Source of the DNA: Negativicutes bacterium
GTDB taxonomy: Bacteria; Bacillota; Negativicutes; UBA1444
Length of the DNA: 64,000 nucleotides
Direction: 5' to 3'
NCBI GenBank assembly: GCA_963665275.2
Contig: CAXXIN010000007.1
Coordinates: 352,001 to 416,000 of the forward strand
The notes below the pieces were generated by a model, which did not search any database, was not told the DNA's origin, and saw only the letters and a program-made list of their open reading frames with translations. The translations under genes were made by a program, and so were the position numbers. This document shows positions 9,381 through 19,138 of the stretch, piece by piece (position 1 is the stretch's first letter; each line of letters begins with the position of its first letter).

Positions 9381-11363
9381 ATGACTTCTCGAAAGGTCTT
9401 ACGATTTCTAGTCATGCTAACGCTGGTTTTTGTCCTCACTTCTTCCGCTGGGGTAGGAACCGCTGCCGAATCCAAAGATGCAACAGAAGCTACGCAGTCT
9501 GCCAACGCAGCAGTCTTGCGGCAGCTTCCCTTCGCAGACCAACAGGATTTTGAATTCGCCCAACGCGGTTTCATCGCCCGGCCCAAGAGCCTAATCATCA
9601 AAGATGCAAACGGCAAGACTGTGTGGGATATGGAGTCCTACAATTTCATCGGCCGGAACAAGATGGCGCCGGACACAATCAACCCGAGCCTGTGGCGCAT
9701 AGCGCAGCTTAACACGATTGCCGGGTTGTTCAAGGTCAGTGACCGTATTTACCAGGTGCGAGGTTTTGATCTTTCAAATATCACCTTCATCCAAGGAGAT
9801 ACCGGCTGGATCGTATTTGATCCACTGATTTCTGCCGAAGCCGCCAAAGCAGCTTATGATCTTGTTACGGACAACCTGGGAAAAAGACCGGTGTTGGCGG
9901 TCGTGTACAGCCACTCCCATGTCGACCATTTCGGCGGGGTGCGCGGCGTAGTGGACGAAGCTGACGTCAGAGCCGGCAAGGTCATGATTTTCGCCCCTGA
10001 AGGCTTCATGGAACACGCCATCAGCGAAAACGTGACGGCAGGCAATGCAATGAGCCGACGCGCCATTTATATGTATGGGGCGTTGTTGCCACGGGACGAG
10101 AAGGGCGGCGTCAGTACCGGACTGGGACAAACAACTTCCACAGGCACGGCTGGTTTGCTTGCACCTACTGATATTATCACCAAGACGGGGCAAGAAGTGA
10201 AGCTTGACGGCGTGACCATGGTATTTCAAATGACACCGGGAACAGAAGCGCCTGCCGAGATGAACACCTGGTTTCCCCAGTTCAAGGCTTTGTGGATGGC
10301 CGAAAACTGCACAGCCACCCTGCATAACCTGTACACCCTACGTGGCGCCGAGGTACGGGACGGAAAGAAATGGGCCAATTATCTCGACGAGGCCATTGAT
10401 TTGTACGGCAAGGACGCCCAGTTCGTATTCCAGGCCCATCACTGGCCCCGTTGGGGTAATGCCTACGTGGTTGACTACATGCAAAAAACACGTGACGCAT
10501 ACAAATACATCCACGACCAGACGGTTCGTTTGATGAACCACGGCTACACTTCGACAGAAATTGCGGAAATGCTTGAGTTTCCTGCCGAGCTTAGCCAGTT
10601 ATGGTATTTGCGCGGGTATTACGGCACAGTGAAACATGACGCAAAAGCGGTCTATCAGAAGTATCTGGGTTGGTATGACGCCAATCCCGCCAACCTCGAC
10701 CCCCTCCCTCCCGAACCCGCAGCAAAGAAGTTTGTGGAATACATGGGAGGTTCCGCCGCTGTAATCGAAAAAGCGCGGAAAGACTTTGCAGCAGGCAATT
10801 ACCGCTGGGTGACGCAGGTTATGAACCAAGTTGTTTTCGCCGACCCGGACAACAGAGAAGCTCGCGAACTGGAGGCAGACGCGCTTGAACAACTGGGCTA
10901 TCAAGCGGAGTCCGGCCCGTGGCGTAACGCGTACCTGCAAGGAGCCTTCGAACTGCGAAACGGTATCCCCAAGGCCGCAGGATCGAATACCGCCAGTCCT
11001 GACGTCCTCCGGGCCATGCCGCCGGAAATGTTGTTTGATTATCTTGCCATCCGTCTTAACGGCCCCAAGGCTTCCGGCAAAAAACTCGTGTTGAATTTCA
11101 CCTTCCCCGACCTGAAGAGCCGGTATGTGCTGACGGTCGAGAACGGAGTCCTCAATTACGCGGCCGGTCGCCAAAGCCTTGTTGCGGATGCCTCAATCAT
11201 CACGACCAAGGAGAACCTGGACTCCCTTTTGACGAAACAAGCTTCACTGAACCAAAAGATAGCATCAGGCGAATTTAGAATTGATGGCAACAAGGAAGCT
11301 TTGGCAGAGCTCTTTGACTTGCTCGACACATTTCCCTTCTGGTTCAATATAGTGACCCCCTGA
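9381..11363 (+). CDS. Alkyl/aryl sulfatase (SdsA1/YjcS type; MBL fold, dimerisation and SCP2-like domains), secreted
   Basis: Signal peptide; DFEFAQRGFI; YSHSHVDHFGG; TPGTEAPAEM; HNLYTLRGAEVRD; YYGTVKH. Confidence 0.93.
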   Translation: MTSRKVLRFLVMLTLVFVLTSSAGVGTAAESKDATEATQSANAAVLRQLPFADQQDFEFAQRGFIARPKSLIIKDANGKTVWDMESYNFIGRNKMAPDTINPSLWRIAQLNTIAGLFKVSDRIYQVRGFDLSNITFIQGDTGWIVFDPLISAEAAKAAYDLVTDNLGKRPVLAVVYSHSHVDHFGGVRGVVDEADVRAGKVMIFAPEGFMEHAISENVTAGNAMSRRAIYMYGALLPRDEKGGVSTGLGQTTSTGTAGLLAPTDIITKTGQEVKLDGVTMVFQMTPGTEAPAEMNTWFPQFKALWMAENCTATLHNLYTLRGAEVRDGKKWANYLDEAIDLYGKDAQFVFQAHHWPRWGNAYVVDYMQKTRDAYKYIHDQTVRLMNHGYTSTEIAEMLEFPAELSQLWYLRGYYGTVKHDAKAVYQKYLGWYDANPANLDPLPPEPAAKKFVEYMGGSAAVIEKARKDFAAGNYRWVTQVMNQVVFADPDNREARELEADALEQLGYQAESGPWRNAYLQGAFELRNGIPKAAGSNTASPDVLRAMPPEMLFDYLAIRLNGPKASGKKLVLNFTFPDLKSRYVLTVENGVLNYAAGRQSLVADASIITTKENLDSLLTKQASLNQKIASGEFRIDGNKEALAELFDLLDTFPFWFNIVTP

Positions 11364-11385
11364 AAGTCATCAGAAGACGATCATC

Positions 11386-11425
11386 AAGAAAGTCCTTGCC
11401 TTTATTAAAAAGCGAGGACTTTCTT
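11386..11425 (+). terminator. Intrinsic terminator
   Basis: AAGAAAGTCCTTGC...GCGAGGACTTTCTT followed by a T-rich tract. Confidence 0.7.
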
Positions 11426-11625
11426 ATTTATTTTTATCGATTTACCCCTCCAGTCACAAAGTTTTCCGCGACGCCTATATAAGGCCCGTTGGAAGGTTCA
11501 CTGCCTTCGCCGGGCCCTTTCCCATGTTTGCAAAATTTAGAAGGATATTTTGTTTGCCGTGTGTAATGTTTCTTACTATACAAACAAATGCAAACCACAC
11601 AAACTCTAGAAAGGGAGGGAATCAA

Positions 11626-13161
11626 ATGAAAAAAGGATCTCAGATATTCATCTGCGCCATTTTAGCTCTGTCCATATCACTGGGTTCCGGTTTAACCGGC
11701 GGGCAGTTGTTCAACGGTGTCGCCTTCGCAGCGGATTACAAGATGACCACCCATACTCCTCCGGGTATCGCATCGCCAGACAAAGTTGAGACGCGTCTCG
11801 GCACGTTGAAGTTTTTCGATGGGTTCCCCGATGACGCCAGTGTTGCAAAACTCTATGACAATCTTGACTTTCAGCGCGCTGTGCAAGCCTACCTTCTGGC
11901 CTTGGCTCCGGTGAGCCAGGCTGCGAACCGCAACGGGATTCTCGCTCTGGGCCCCGCCAACTATACGGTGCCGATTTTCGAGCAAATCATGGATTCCAAA
12001 TCGATCTTCCTCACCCCTAATACAAGCACGCCTTATACTTGGATTTGGCTCGACCTTCACGAAGGACCGCTGGTCGTCGAGACTCCCCCGAAGGTGCTCG
12101 GAGCGATTGACGACATGTGGTACAACTGGGTTACTGACGTTGGTTTAACCGGGCCGGACAAGGGGGAGGGAGGAAAGTACCTTCTGTTGCCTCCCGGTTA
12201 TCAGGGCGACGTGCCTGAAGGATATTTCGTGGTAAGGCTGAAGACATTCAACGCATGGATGCCATGGCGCAGCTTCGTAGTCAACGGTGATCCGAAACCG
12301 GGTGTAGACCTAGTGAAGAAGCATACGCGTATTTATCCCCTCTCCAAAGCTGACAATCCACCGCCGATGAACTTCGTGAACGTTTCTGGCAAGGATTTTT
12401 GCACTGTCGGCCCGGCTGATTATCCCTTCTGGGAGTTGCTCAATCAGGTAGTACAGGATGAACCGAGTGATTCCATAGATCCGATTACTGCAGGTTACTA
12501 CGCATACATCGGCATCCAGAAAGGGAAACCCTTCGCACCGGATGCCCGGATGAAAAAGATACTGACCGAAGCAGCCGTTGTGGGTGATGCGACCGCTCGC
12601 GCCATCAACTATCGGTTCCGGCAAAAAGAAGCATATTACTATCCCGGCAGCGCTTGGCGCATGGGGTACCTGGGCGGTTACAAGTTCGAGGAAAACGGAG
12701 CACGCCTTTTGGATGCCTATTCCGCTTTCTTCTTTTACGCCACTGGAGTTACTCCTGCAATGGAAGAGAAGATGGTCGGGCAAGGTTCCCAATATGCGGC
12801 GGCATTTGTAGACGCAAAGGGGAATCCGCTTGATGGCAGCAAAAATTATAAATTGCACCTGCCGCCCAATATCCCGGTGAATAACTTCTGGTCGGTCATT
12901 TTGTATGACAACCAGACACGTTCGATGCTCCAGACGGATCAGCAATTTCCGAGCGTGACCAGTCAAGACAAAACACTGCAAGTCAACCCGGACGGATCAG
13001 TGGATATCTACTTCGGACCTAAAGCACCAGCCGGAAAAGAAGGAAATTGGATACAAACGATCCCCGGCAAAGGCTGGAATACTCTATTACGCCTCTACGG
13101 TGCGCTGGAACCTTGGTTCGACAAAACTTGGCGACCCGGTGAAATCGAACTCCAACCGTGA
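11626..13161 (+). CDS. DUF1254/DUF1214 domain secreted protein
   Basis: Signal peptide; LDFQRAVQAYL; GPDKGEGGKYLLLPP; NFWSVILYD; NWIQTIPGKGW..LRLYG. Confidence 0.9.
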   Translation: MKKGSQIFICAILALSISLGSGLTGGQLFNGVAFAADYKMTTHTPPGIASPDKVETRLGTLKFFDGFPDDASVAKLYDNLDFQRAVQAYLLALAPVSQAANRNGILALGPANYTVPIFEQIMDSKSIFLTPNTSTPYTWIWLDLHEGPLVVETPPKVLGAIDDMWYNWVTDVGLTGPDKGEGGKYLLLPPGYQGDVPEGYFVVRLKTFNAWMPWRSFVVNGDPKPGVDLVKKHTRIYPLSKADNPPPMNFVNVSGKDFCTVGPADYPFWELLNQVVQDEPSDSIDPITAGYYAYIGIQKGKPFAPDARMKKILTEAAVVGDATARAINYRFRQKEAYYYPGSAWRMGYLGGYKFEENGARLLDAYSAFFFYATGVTPAMEEKMVGQGSQYAAAFVDAKGNPLDGSKNYKLHLPPNIPVNNFWSVILYDNQTRSMLQTDQQFPSVTSQDKTLQVNPDGSVDIYFGPKAPAGKEGNWIQTIPGKGWNTLLRLYGALEPWFDKTWRPGEIELQP

Positions 13162-13193
13162 ATTAGCAATCTCAAATTCACCCAAATTTCAAG

Positions 13194-13230
13194 AGAAGTC
13201 CATGTCGGGATTGAACCGACATGGACTTCT
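13194..13230. terminator. Terminator hairpin (related copy at 18098-18130)
   Basis: AGAAGTCCATGTCGG-N7-CCGACATGGACTTCT. Confidence 0.7.
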
Positions 13231-13341
13231 TTACTGTAAGAGTCTTTGGTTTTCAAAGGATGGGCGATAAAATTCGAAGAAACTTTATTGCATAAAACAA
13301 TCAATTACTGTATTATTATAAAAGAAAAAGGGGGAGGATTT

Positions 13342-14289
13342 ATGAAGCAAAAAATTTTTGTCGATGGTCAAGAAGGAACGACCGGATTAAAAATCCATGA
13401 ATACTTATCGAAACGTTCTGACATTGATTGGTTAAGTATTGACCCCGATAAACGCAAAGATCGCTCAGAACGGAGTCGATTGCTTAACAGCGCTGATTTA
13501 GTTTTTCTCTGCTTGCCGGATGTCGCCGCACGTGAAGCAGTTTCTTTAATAAATAATGACCACACTCGGGTAATTGATGCGAGTACGGCGCATCGGACTC
13601 ACCCGAACTGGGCGTATGGACTGCCCGAACTGAGTCCTCTACATCGTGAAAAAATCAAGAATTCTTATCGTGTGACGGTGCCTGGCTGTCATGCGACAGG
13701 TTTCATCGTCGGAATGTATCCGCTTGTAAAAGCTGGGATTGTTCCTGTTGATTATCCAGTTGCTTGTACATCTTTAACCGGCTATAGCGGCGGTGGCAAA
13801 AGCTTAATCAATAAATACGAGAACGTCGACGGCGGCGGTGTAAATATCCCGAGGCCCTATGCTTTTAGCATGAAGCATAAACATTTGCCCGAAATGCAAT
13901 CCCGGACAGGACTCCAGTATCCGCCTGCCTTTGTTCCAATAGTAGCCAACTATTATAAGGGAATGGGCGTAATGACGCCTTTGGCTTCCCGTTTGTTCAA
14001 GAAACCGATGGGCGCGGCTCAGGTTAGAGATTTTTTTGCCGAATATTATGCTGCAGAAAAATTCATCAAGGTTATGCCGTTTGATGAGGAAGCTACATTA
14101 GAAGATGGCTTCTTCCAAGTGGAATGCTGCAACGATACCAACCGGATTGAACTTTGTGTATTTGGCACAAATGAGCAGATATTGGTGGTAACTCGTTTTG
14201 ATAACCTTGGCAAAGGGGCCTCGGGCGCAGCTGTGCAGTGTATGAATATAATGCTGGGCGTTGACGAAGATATGGGGCTAAAAAGCTGA
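13342..14289 (+). CDS. argC: N-acetyl-gamma-glutamyl-phosphate reductase (type 2)
   Basis: FVDGQEGTTGL, IDASTAHRT, VPGCHATG and DNLGKGASGAAVQCMN motifs. Confidence 0.95.
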   Translation: MKQKIFVDGQEGTTGLKIHEYLSKRSDIDWLSIDPDKRKDRSERSRLLNSADLVFLCLPDVAAREAVSLINNDHTRVIDASTAHRTHPNWAYGLPELSPLHREKIKNSYRVTVPGCHATGFIVGMYPLVKAGIVPVDYPVACTSLTGYSGGGKSLINKYENVDGGGVNIPRPYAFSMKHKHLPEMQSRTGLQYPPAFVPIVANYYKGMGVMTPLASRLFKKPMGAAQVRDFFAEYYAAEKFIKVMPFDEEATLEDGFFQVECCNDTNRIELCVFGTNEQILVVTRFDNLGKGASGAAVQCMNIMLGVDEDMGLKS

Positions 14290-14463
14290 GAATTTAGCTT
14301 TTGCGTATTTTTATGGGCTGCAAGAATTAACTTTCTTGCAGCCCATCTTTTTTCTTTTTTTATTTGGTTCATTATCAAAGGAATTACGTGGGGCGTGCAG
14401 AAATATGCAATAAGGATAACAGATCCAGATTATTTGCAAAGATAAGGGGTTGTAAAAATAACT

Positions 14464-15558
14464 ATGGCTGATAATCAATCTTTACATGACTTGTTGCAGC
14501 AGAAGAATTTATCCCGGCGTCGCTTTATCCAAACCTGCGCAACGCTGACCGGATTGTTGGGATTGTCGCCGGCTATGTTGCCGAAAGTCATCGCTCGGGC
14601 TGAAGCACAGCCAACCGCATCGAAGGCCTCCGTCTGGAAATTCGCCATGATTAGCGACACCCATGATGCGAACATGCAAAGCACCCAGACAGGGGTTACG
14701 GCTTATCTCCCCCCCATCATCAGCTATATTGTCAACGAACATCCTGATTTTGTTCTGCAAACAGGTGATTTGATTACGGGAGCCCAAACGCTGCCAACGT
14801 CTCCGGCCTATAAACAATTCGATATGCAATATGCAACTTATAAGAAAGTAACCGCTCCGCTTGCCCAGGCGAATATTCCGCTCTACGTGATCCGGGGAAA
14901 CCATGATTTCGGCCTGCATAATGGAGAGCCGGCTCTCGCCCAGGCATATATGGCTGACATCGCGATCACCATGCCGCAGAACGGCCCACCGGCTGCAAAA
15001 GGCTTATCCTATAGTTTCATGCACAATAACGCAAAATTCATCATGATTGACCAATTCGTCAATACAGCCAGCGGAATTGTCACGCTGCCCATGGATTGGA
15101 TCAAGAGTGAACTCCAAAATAATCAGGGGGCTCACCATATCTTCGTTATGGGTCATAGCCCAGTATATTCCCCTGACACCACCTCGAGCAGCAAGGTCGC
15201 GCAATTTAATCTGTTTGATCAGCCCAGCCTCCAAAGCCAGTTTTGGCAACTGCTGACTGACAATCATGTGACTGCGTATATTTCCGGTCATGAACATCTA
15301 TATTTTCGTGGCCGGGTAAACGGGATACCGCAAATCGTTATCGGCGATTTAGGGTGCGTTAGCAACTATAATCCTGCAACCGTCGACAGCCGCTTGACCA
15401 ATGTATTCCCAACGACGGCAGTGCCCAGTACGCAGGATCGCCCAGGTTATATTATTTTCACGGTGGATGATGGCAAGCATTCGATCACGGCCACGGAGTA
15501 TTGGTTGGATCAGACTAACAACAAATACGTTTATGATACGTTTGCACTGATTCCCTAA
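14464..15558 (+). CDS. Tat-exported calcineurin-like metallophosphoesterase
   Basis: SRRRFI twin-arginine signal; SDTH, TGDL, RGNHD, MGHSP and SGHEH motifs. Confidence 0.88.
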   Translation: MADNQSLHDLLQQKNLSRRRFIQTCATLTGLLGLSPAMLPKVIARAEAQPTASKASVWKFAMISDTHDANMQSTQTGVTAYLPPIISYIVNEHPDFVLQTGDLITGAQTLPTSPAYKQFDMQYATYKKVTAPLAQANIPLYVIRGNHDFGLHNGEPALAQAYMADIAITMPQNGPPAAKGLSYSFMHNNAKFIMIDQFVNTASGIVTLPMDWIKSELQNNQGAHHIFVMGHSPVYSPDTTSSSKVAQFNLFDQPSLQSQFWQLLTDNHVTAYISGHEHLYFRGRVNGIPQIVIGDLGCVSNYNPATVDSRLTNVFPTTAVPSTQDRPGYIIFTVDDGKHSITATEYWLDQTNNKYVYDTFALIP

Positions 15559-15566
15559 CATCAGGA

Positions 15567-15606
15567 AAGAGATCAGGCCGAACTGTCAAGTTCGGCCTGA
15601 TCTCTT
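15567..15606. terminator. Perfect 18-bp inverted repeat between convergent genes
   Basis: AAGAGATCAGGCCGAACT-GTCA-AGTTCGGCCTGATCTCTT. Confidence 0.75.
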
Positions 15607-15654
15607 AATATTTCCAGACCCATTTTCGAAAAAACAGCATCAGTTATCTGTCTA

Positions 15655-16074
15655 TCAATAACTCAATGGATTGGTTACATAGAACCATACGCCGTTAAAT
15701 CCCTGTCCATTGGTTTGCCCGGCAGCTTTATCCCCTGCCCAGTAGTAGAGAGGCCAGCCGCGGAACGTGTTTTGTTTTTTCCCGTCGGCTCTGGTAATAG
15801 TCCCAAATTCCTTGGCGTCCATTCCATTGGGTACCATTACATTGTCCGTGTAGAAAATGGGCCAGCGCTCCAGGCATTGCCCCATACAGGTACTGGCGCC
15901 GCTCGCATCTTTGGTAAAATAGTATAGCGTCATCCCGTTGGAATCGGCCAAATACTGATCGGTTCCGTTTTTCATCACTGTTACAGGAGCGGCAGCTGCC
16001 ACGCTAAAGGACCCCATCACCAGGACCAACAAGGGAATTAGGAGTACAACAGCCGTTAACTTGGTAAACTTCAT
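15655..16074 (-). CDS. Secreted protein with Yx(FWY)xxD repeats (COG4315-like)
   Basis: Signal peptide; GMTLYYFTKD...C...C...WP; GWPLYYWAGD...GQG..GVW. Confidence 0.85.
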   Translation of the reverse strand: MKFTKLTAVVLLIPLLVLVMGSFSVAAAAPVTVMKNGTDQYLADSNGMTLYYFTKDASGASTCMGQCLERWPIFYTDNVMVPNGMDAKEFGTITRADGKKQNTFRGWPLYYWAGDKAAGQTNGQGFNGVWFYVTNPLSY

Positions 16075-16152
16075 GATACATACCTCCCTCTTTTTTTATG
16101 CGGCGCAAAATCTATCTTTTCAACGAACCTCATTGAGGTTCATTGGCTGCAT

Positions 16153-16659
16153 TTAGTAAGGCTTTTGATGATTGAACTCGGGTGACTCCACCCATTCATT
16201 AACGTGATTAAACATTTCAATAATATTACCCAGTACTTGCACATGTTGTTCTTCTTCATGCACAAGGTTTTCAATTATACCCTTGTTGGGTTGTCCTTCA
16301 GCTGTCTCCAGCATCTTCTTATAAAGTTTCACACTTTCTTCTTCCTTGAGTAACGCCGCCAGATATATATCCAATGGTTCGGCTGTTAATTTTGCGATCG
16401 ATTCCTTATCCTTCGGTATGAACGCATTGTGCTTGCCAAGTTCAAACACATTTTTCACTTTGCGCACCGAAGCATCCACCGCAGGATGGTTATCGGCGGG
16501 ATGTTGGAGCGCCTGAATAATTCCATAGTGACGGTGTTCATCGTCGGCAAGCGCTTCTAATATAACTTTAAGCCCCTCATATTTCACTTTTTTCGCCTGC
16601 TTCCGATAGTATTGTTCACCATCAAGCTCCATTTTCAATGCGAAATCGAGAACACTCAT
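16153..16659 (-). CDS. Rubrerythrin/ferritin-like diiron protein
   Basis: FALKMELDGEQYY; LADDEHRH; EEESVKLY; EEEQHVQ (ExxH pairs). Confidence 0.85.
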   Translation of the reverse strand: MSVLDFALKMELDGEQYYRKQAKKVKYEGLKVILEALADDEHRHYGIIQALQHPADNHPAVDASVRKVKNVFELGKHNAFIPKDKESIAKLTAEPLDIYLAALLKEEESVKLYKKMLETAEGQPNKGIIENLVHEEEQHVQVLGNIIEMFNHVNEWVESPEFNHQKPY

Positions 16660-16767
16660 AGCAAGACCTCCTTCTCAATTTTTTTCCACGCCTTTCCCCG
16701 TCATCAACCCTCCAGCGGAAGACAGGCCTTCACTGTACTTCATTTCATCATGACAAACGATTATATT

Positions 16768-17892
16768 CTAACGATAGCTTATGCGATACACTTGATTCGC
16801 CCGGTCATCCGAAACCAAGAGGGCGCCGTCAGACATGACCAGAATATCTACGGGTCTGCCCCATGCTTCGATATTTTGCAGCCAGCCAGTGGCGAATTCT
16901 TCGTAACTTACGGCCCGTCCTTCCTGCAACTTAACCAAACTGATCCGGTATCCGACCGGCGCCGTCCGGTTCCAGGAACCGTGCTCGGCGATAAATATCT
17001 GATTACGATATTCAGCGGGGAACATCTTTCCGGTATAAAACTTCATCCCCAGAGCCGCAACATGGGCGCCCAACTTACGAGCGGGAATGACTAAGCTGGA
17101 TGAGTCGGGATGCTCCTTAAACTCGGGGTCAGGCACATTATCGCCATAGAAATAAGGGTACCCAAAATTCATCCCTGCCCGCGGAGCGTGGTTAAGTTCA
17201 TCTGGCGGCAAATCGTTGCCGAGCCAATCCCGGCCATTGTCAGTAAACCAAAGTTCTCCCGTGGCCGGATCCCAATCGAAACCAACAGAGTTGCGCACGC
17301 CTGCGGAGAAAACCTGCAGATTGGAACCATCAGGATTCATCTGCATTATGGTTGCGAACCTTTCGTCGGTACTTACGCCGATATTATAGGGTGCGCCGAT
17401 CGGGACATACAGTTTCCCGTCCGGTCCGAAGGCAAGGTATTTCCAACCATGATGGCGTTCCCGTGGCAAAGCTTCTGTTACAACAACCGCCGCAGGGGGT
17501 TCACGAAGATTGGACATGATATTGTCGTACCGCAGGATTCTGCTGTTTTCGGCCACATATAGAGCGCCATCACGAAAAGCCACCCCGTTCGGAGTATCAA
17601 GTCCAGCGGCAACGGTAACCACTGACACATTGCTTCCTTTGCCCGTCTCGTCAATTAGGGCGTAGACCCGACCCGCGTCCCGCGATCCGACGAATACGAC
17701 GCCAGAGTCTCCCAGCGCCAAAGATCGGGCGCCCTTTACCCCGCTTGCATACACTTCAATCTGAAAACCTGGTGGCAATTGAATGTTTGCCAATCGCGAA
17801 TCGACTCCTGGCTGGGCTTTCCCACAGGCCGCAAACAAAAAGAAACACATCATCACAAGCATCAGACCTGTAATGCGAATTTTGCCGCTCAT
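16768..17892 (-). CDS. Sorbosone dehydrogenase / PQQ-dependent sugar dehydrogenase family lipoprotein
   Basis: Lipobox FAAC; LPPGFQIEVYA; HHGWKYLAFGPDGKLY; GVRNSVGFDW; AEHGSWNR; GRPVDIL. Confidence 0.88.
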   Translation of the reverse strand: MSGKIRITGLMLVMMCFFLFAACGKAQPGVDSRLANIQLPPGFQIEVYASGVKGARSLALGDSGVVFVGSRDAGRVYALIDETGKGSNVSVVTVAAGLDTPNGVAFRDGALYVAENSRILRYDNIMSNLREPPAAVVVTEALPRERHHGWKYLAFGPDGKLYVPIGAPYNIGVSTDERFATIMQMNPDGSNLQVFSAGVRNSVGFDWDPATGELWFTDNGRDWLGNDLPPDELNHAPRAGMNFGYPYFYGDNVPDPEFKEHPDSSSLVIPARKLGAHVAALGMKFYTGKMFPAEYRNQIFIAEHGSWNRTAPVGYRISLVKLQEGRAVSYEEFATGWLQNIEAWGRPVDILVMSDGALLVSDDRANQVYRISYR

Positions 17893-18306
17893 ACTCAAAG
17901 CCCCCACTTACAGCGTAATCATGTCCGATGAATACTCGTGTATATGTCCGCTCTATTTGTAACCATAGCTTTGAGACCTATCTTGCTTTAGTTTATGCCA
18001 TGTTTGTTCCGGGCACATTAGCACAATAAAACGAAGTTTTTCTAAAAGAATAGGATAGTTTTATACCGTTGATATAAGACCATCCTAAATTAAAGAAAAG
18101 TCCATGCAGGATTTGATCCGGCATGGACTTCTCGCTGTGCTTGAACCGCTAGACGCACAGTTGTTGGCGTTATCAACCTATCCTCTGAAAAGAATAAATA
18201 ATAAATTTCGGTTATCCTTGGAAGGATTATGATTGATTTAACGGAAGTATCAAGAATGTAATAGTATCTGCTTTAATAATTTGTTTTAAATATTGGAGGA
18301 GTTCGC

Positions 18307-19134
18307 ATGAAGTCGTTACGATTGTTTCTGTTGGGGTTGTGTCTGCTGGTACTGGCGCCGTCGCACTGTCTGGCATCCGCTTGGCTCGATGTGGTTTTCG
18401 ACCGGGAAGTGCCCGAGCCGGCGCGGTTGAATATCGGGCGCGCGATCGATACGACAAACGACCTCCTGGCAAAATATAAGGTGACCCTACGAGAACCTAT
18501 CCAGATTATTATCACTTCAGATCTGGAAAGCTACACTCAGGCCAGAATGTTTTATCTCAAGGAATCGCGGGCCGAAGCAGATAAACTATCCGCAACCAGT
18601 GGCGGCGTGAGCAGCAACGCAAAACCGTTGATCATTGTCAGAGGATCTCCTGCGCTAAGCAGCGCACCGCAAGAAGCTTTCCGCGTGATCCCGCACGAGG
18701 TGTTTCATCAGGTGCAACGGCAATATGGCCGGACCGGGACGGTGACCTGGTTGACGGAAGGAGCCCCGGAAGTGTTTCGAATGGTTGCTCAGGAATCTGC
18801 AGGGTTCGGTCGGGTGACTGATTATCTGGGCCGTGCTGAGAAAAGAGTGCGGGTTGCGCCGGTAATTCCAGATGCGCGGGAAATCGCCACCTTCAACTAC
18901 GCGACTTGGACGGCCATGATGCAGAAGCATTACCCGGTCTATGATATGGCTGTCCTTATGACAGACCAATTGTCGCAGGGAAACGGGTTCGAGAACATCA
19001 TTTTCTTTTATCAGATGCTGCACATGGGCACCGATCGGGATAAGGCCTTTGTGGCTGCTTTTCGCGCGCCGATGTCGTGGTTTTTGGCCGACATGAACGC
19101 CTACTTCGACAAGCTGCGCAGCAGCCGGCAATAA
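18307..19134 (+). CDS. Secreted putative zinc metallopeptidase (HExxH)
   Basis: Signal peptide; PHEVFHQVQ followed by WLTEG, a gluzincin-like pattern. Confidence 0.7.
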   Translation: MKSLRLFLLGLCLLVLAPSHCLASAWLDVVFDREVPEPARLNIGRAIDTTNDLLAKYKVTLREPIQIIITSDLESYTQARMFYLKESRAEADKLSATSGGVSSNAKPLIIVRGSPALSSAPQEAFRVIPHEVFHQVQRQYGRTGTVTWLTEGAPEVFRMVAQESAGFGRVTDYLGRAEKRVRVAPVIPDAREIATFNYATWTAMMQKHYPVYDMAVLMTDQLSQGNGFENIIFFYQMLHMGTDRDKAFVAAFRAPMSWFLADMNAYFDKLRSSRQ

Positions 19135-19138
19135 CGAG

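Noticed and set aside
13286-13325. Possible ARG boxes upstream of argC
   Set aside because: Only a loose match in AT-rich DNA; plausible but not supportable by eye
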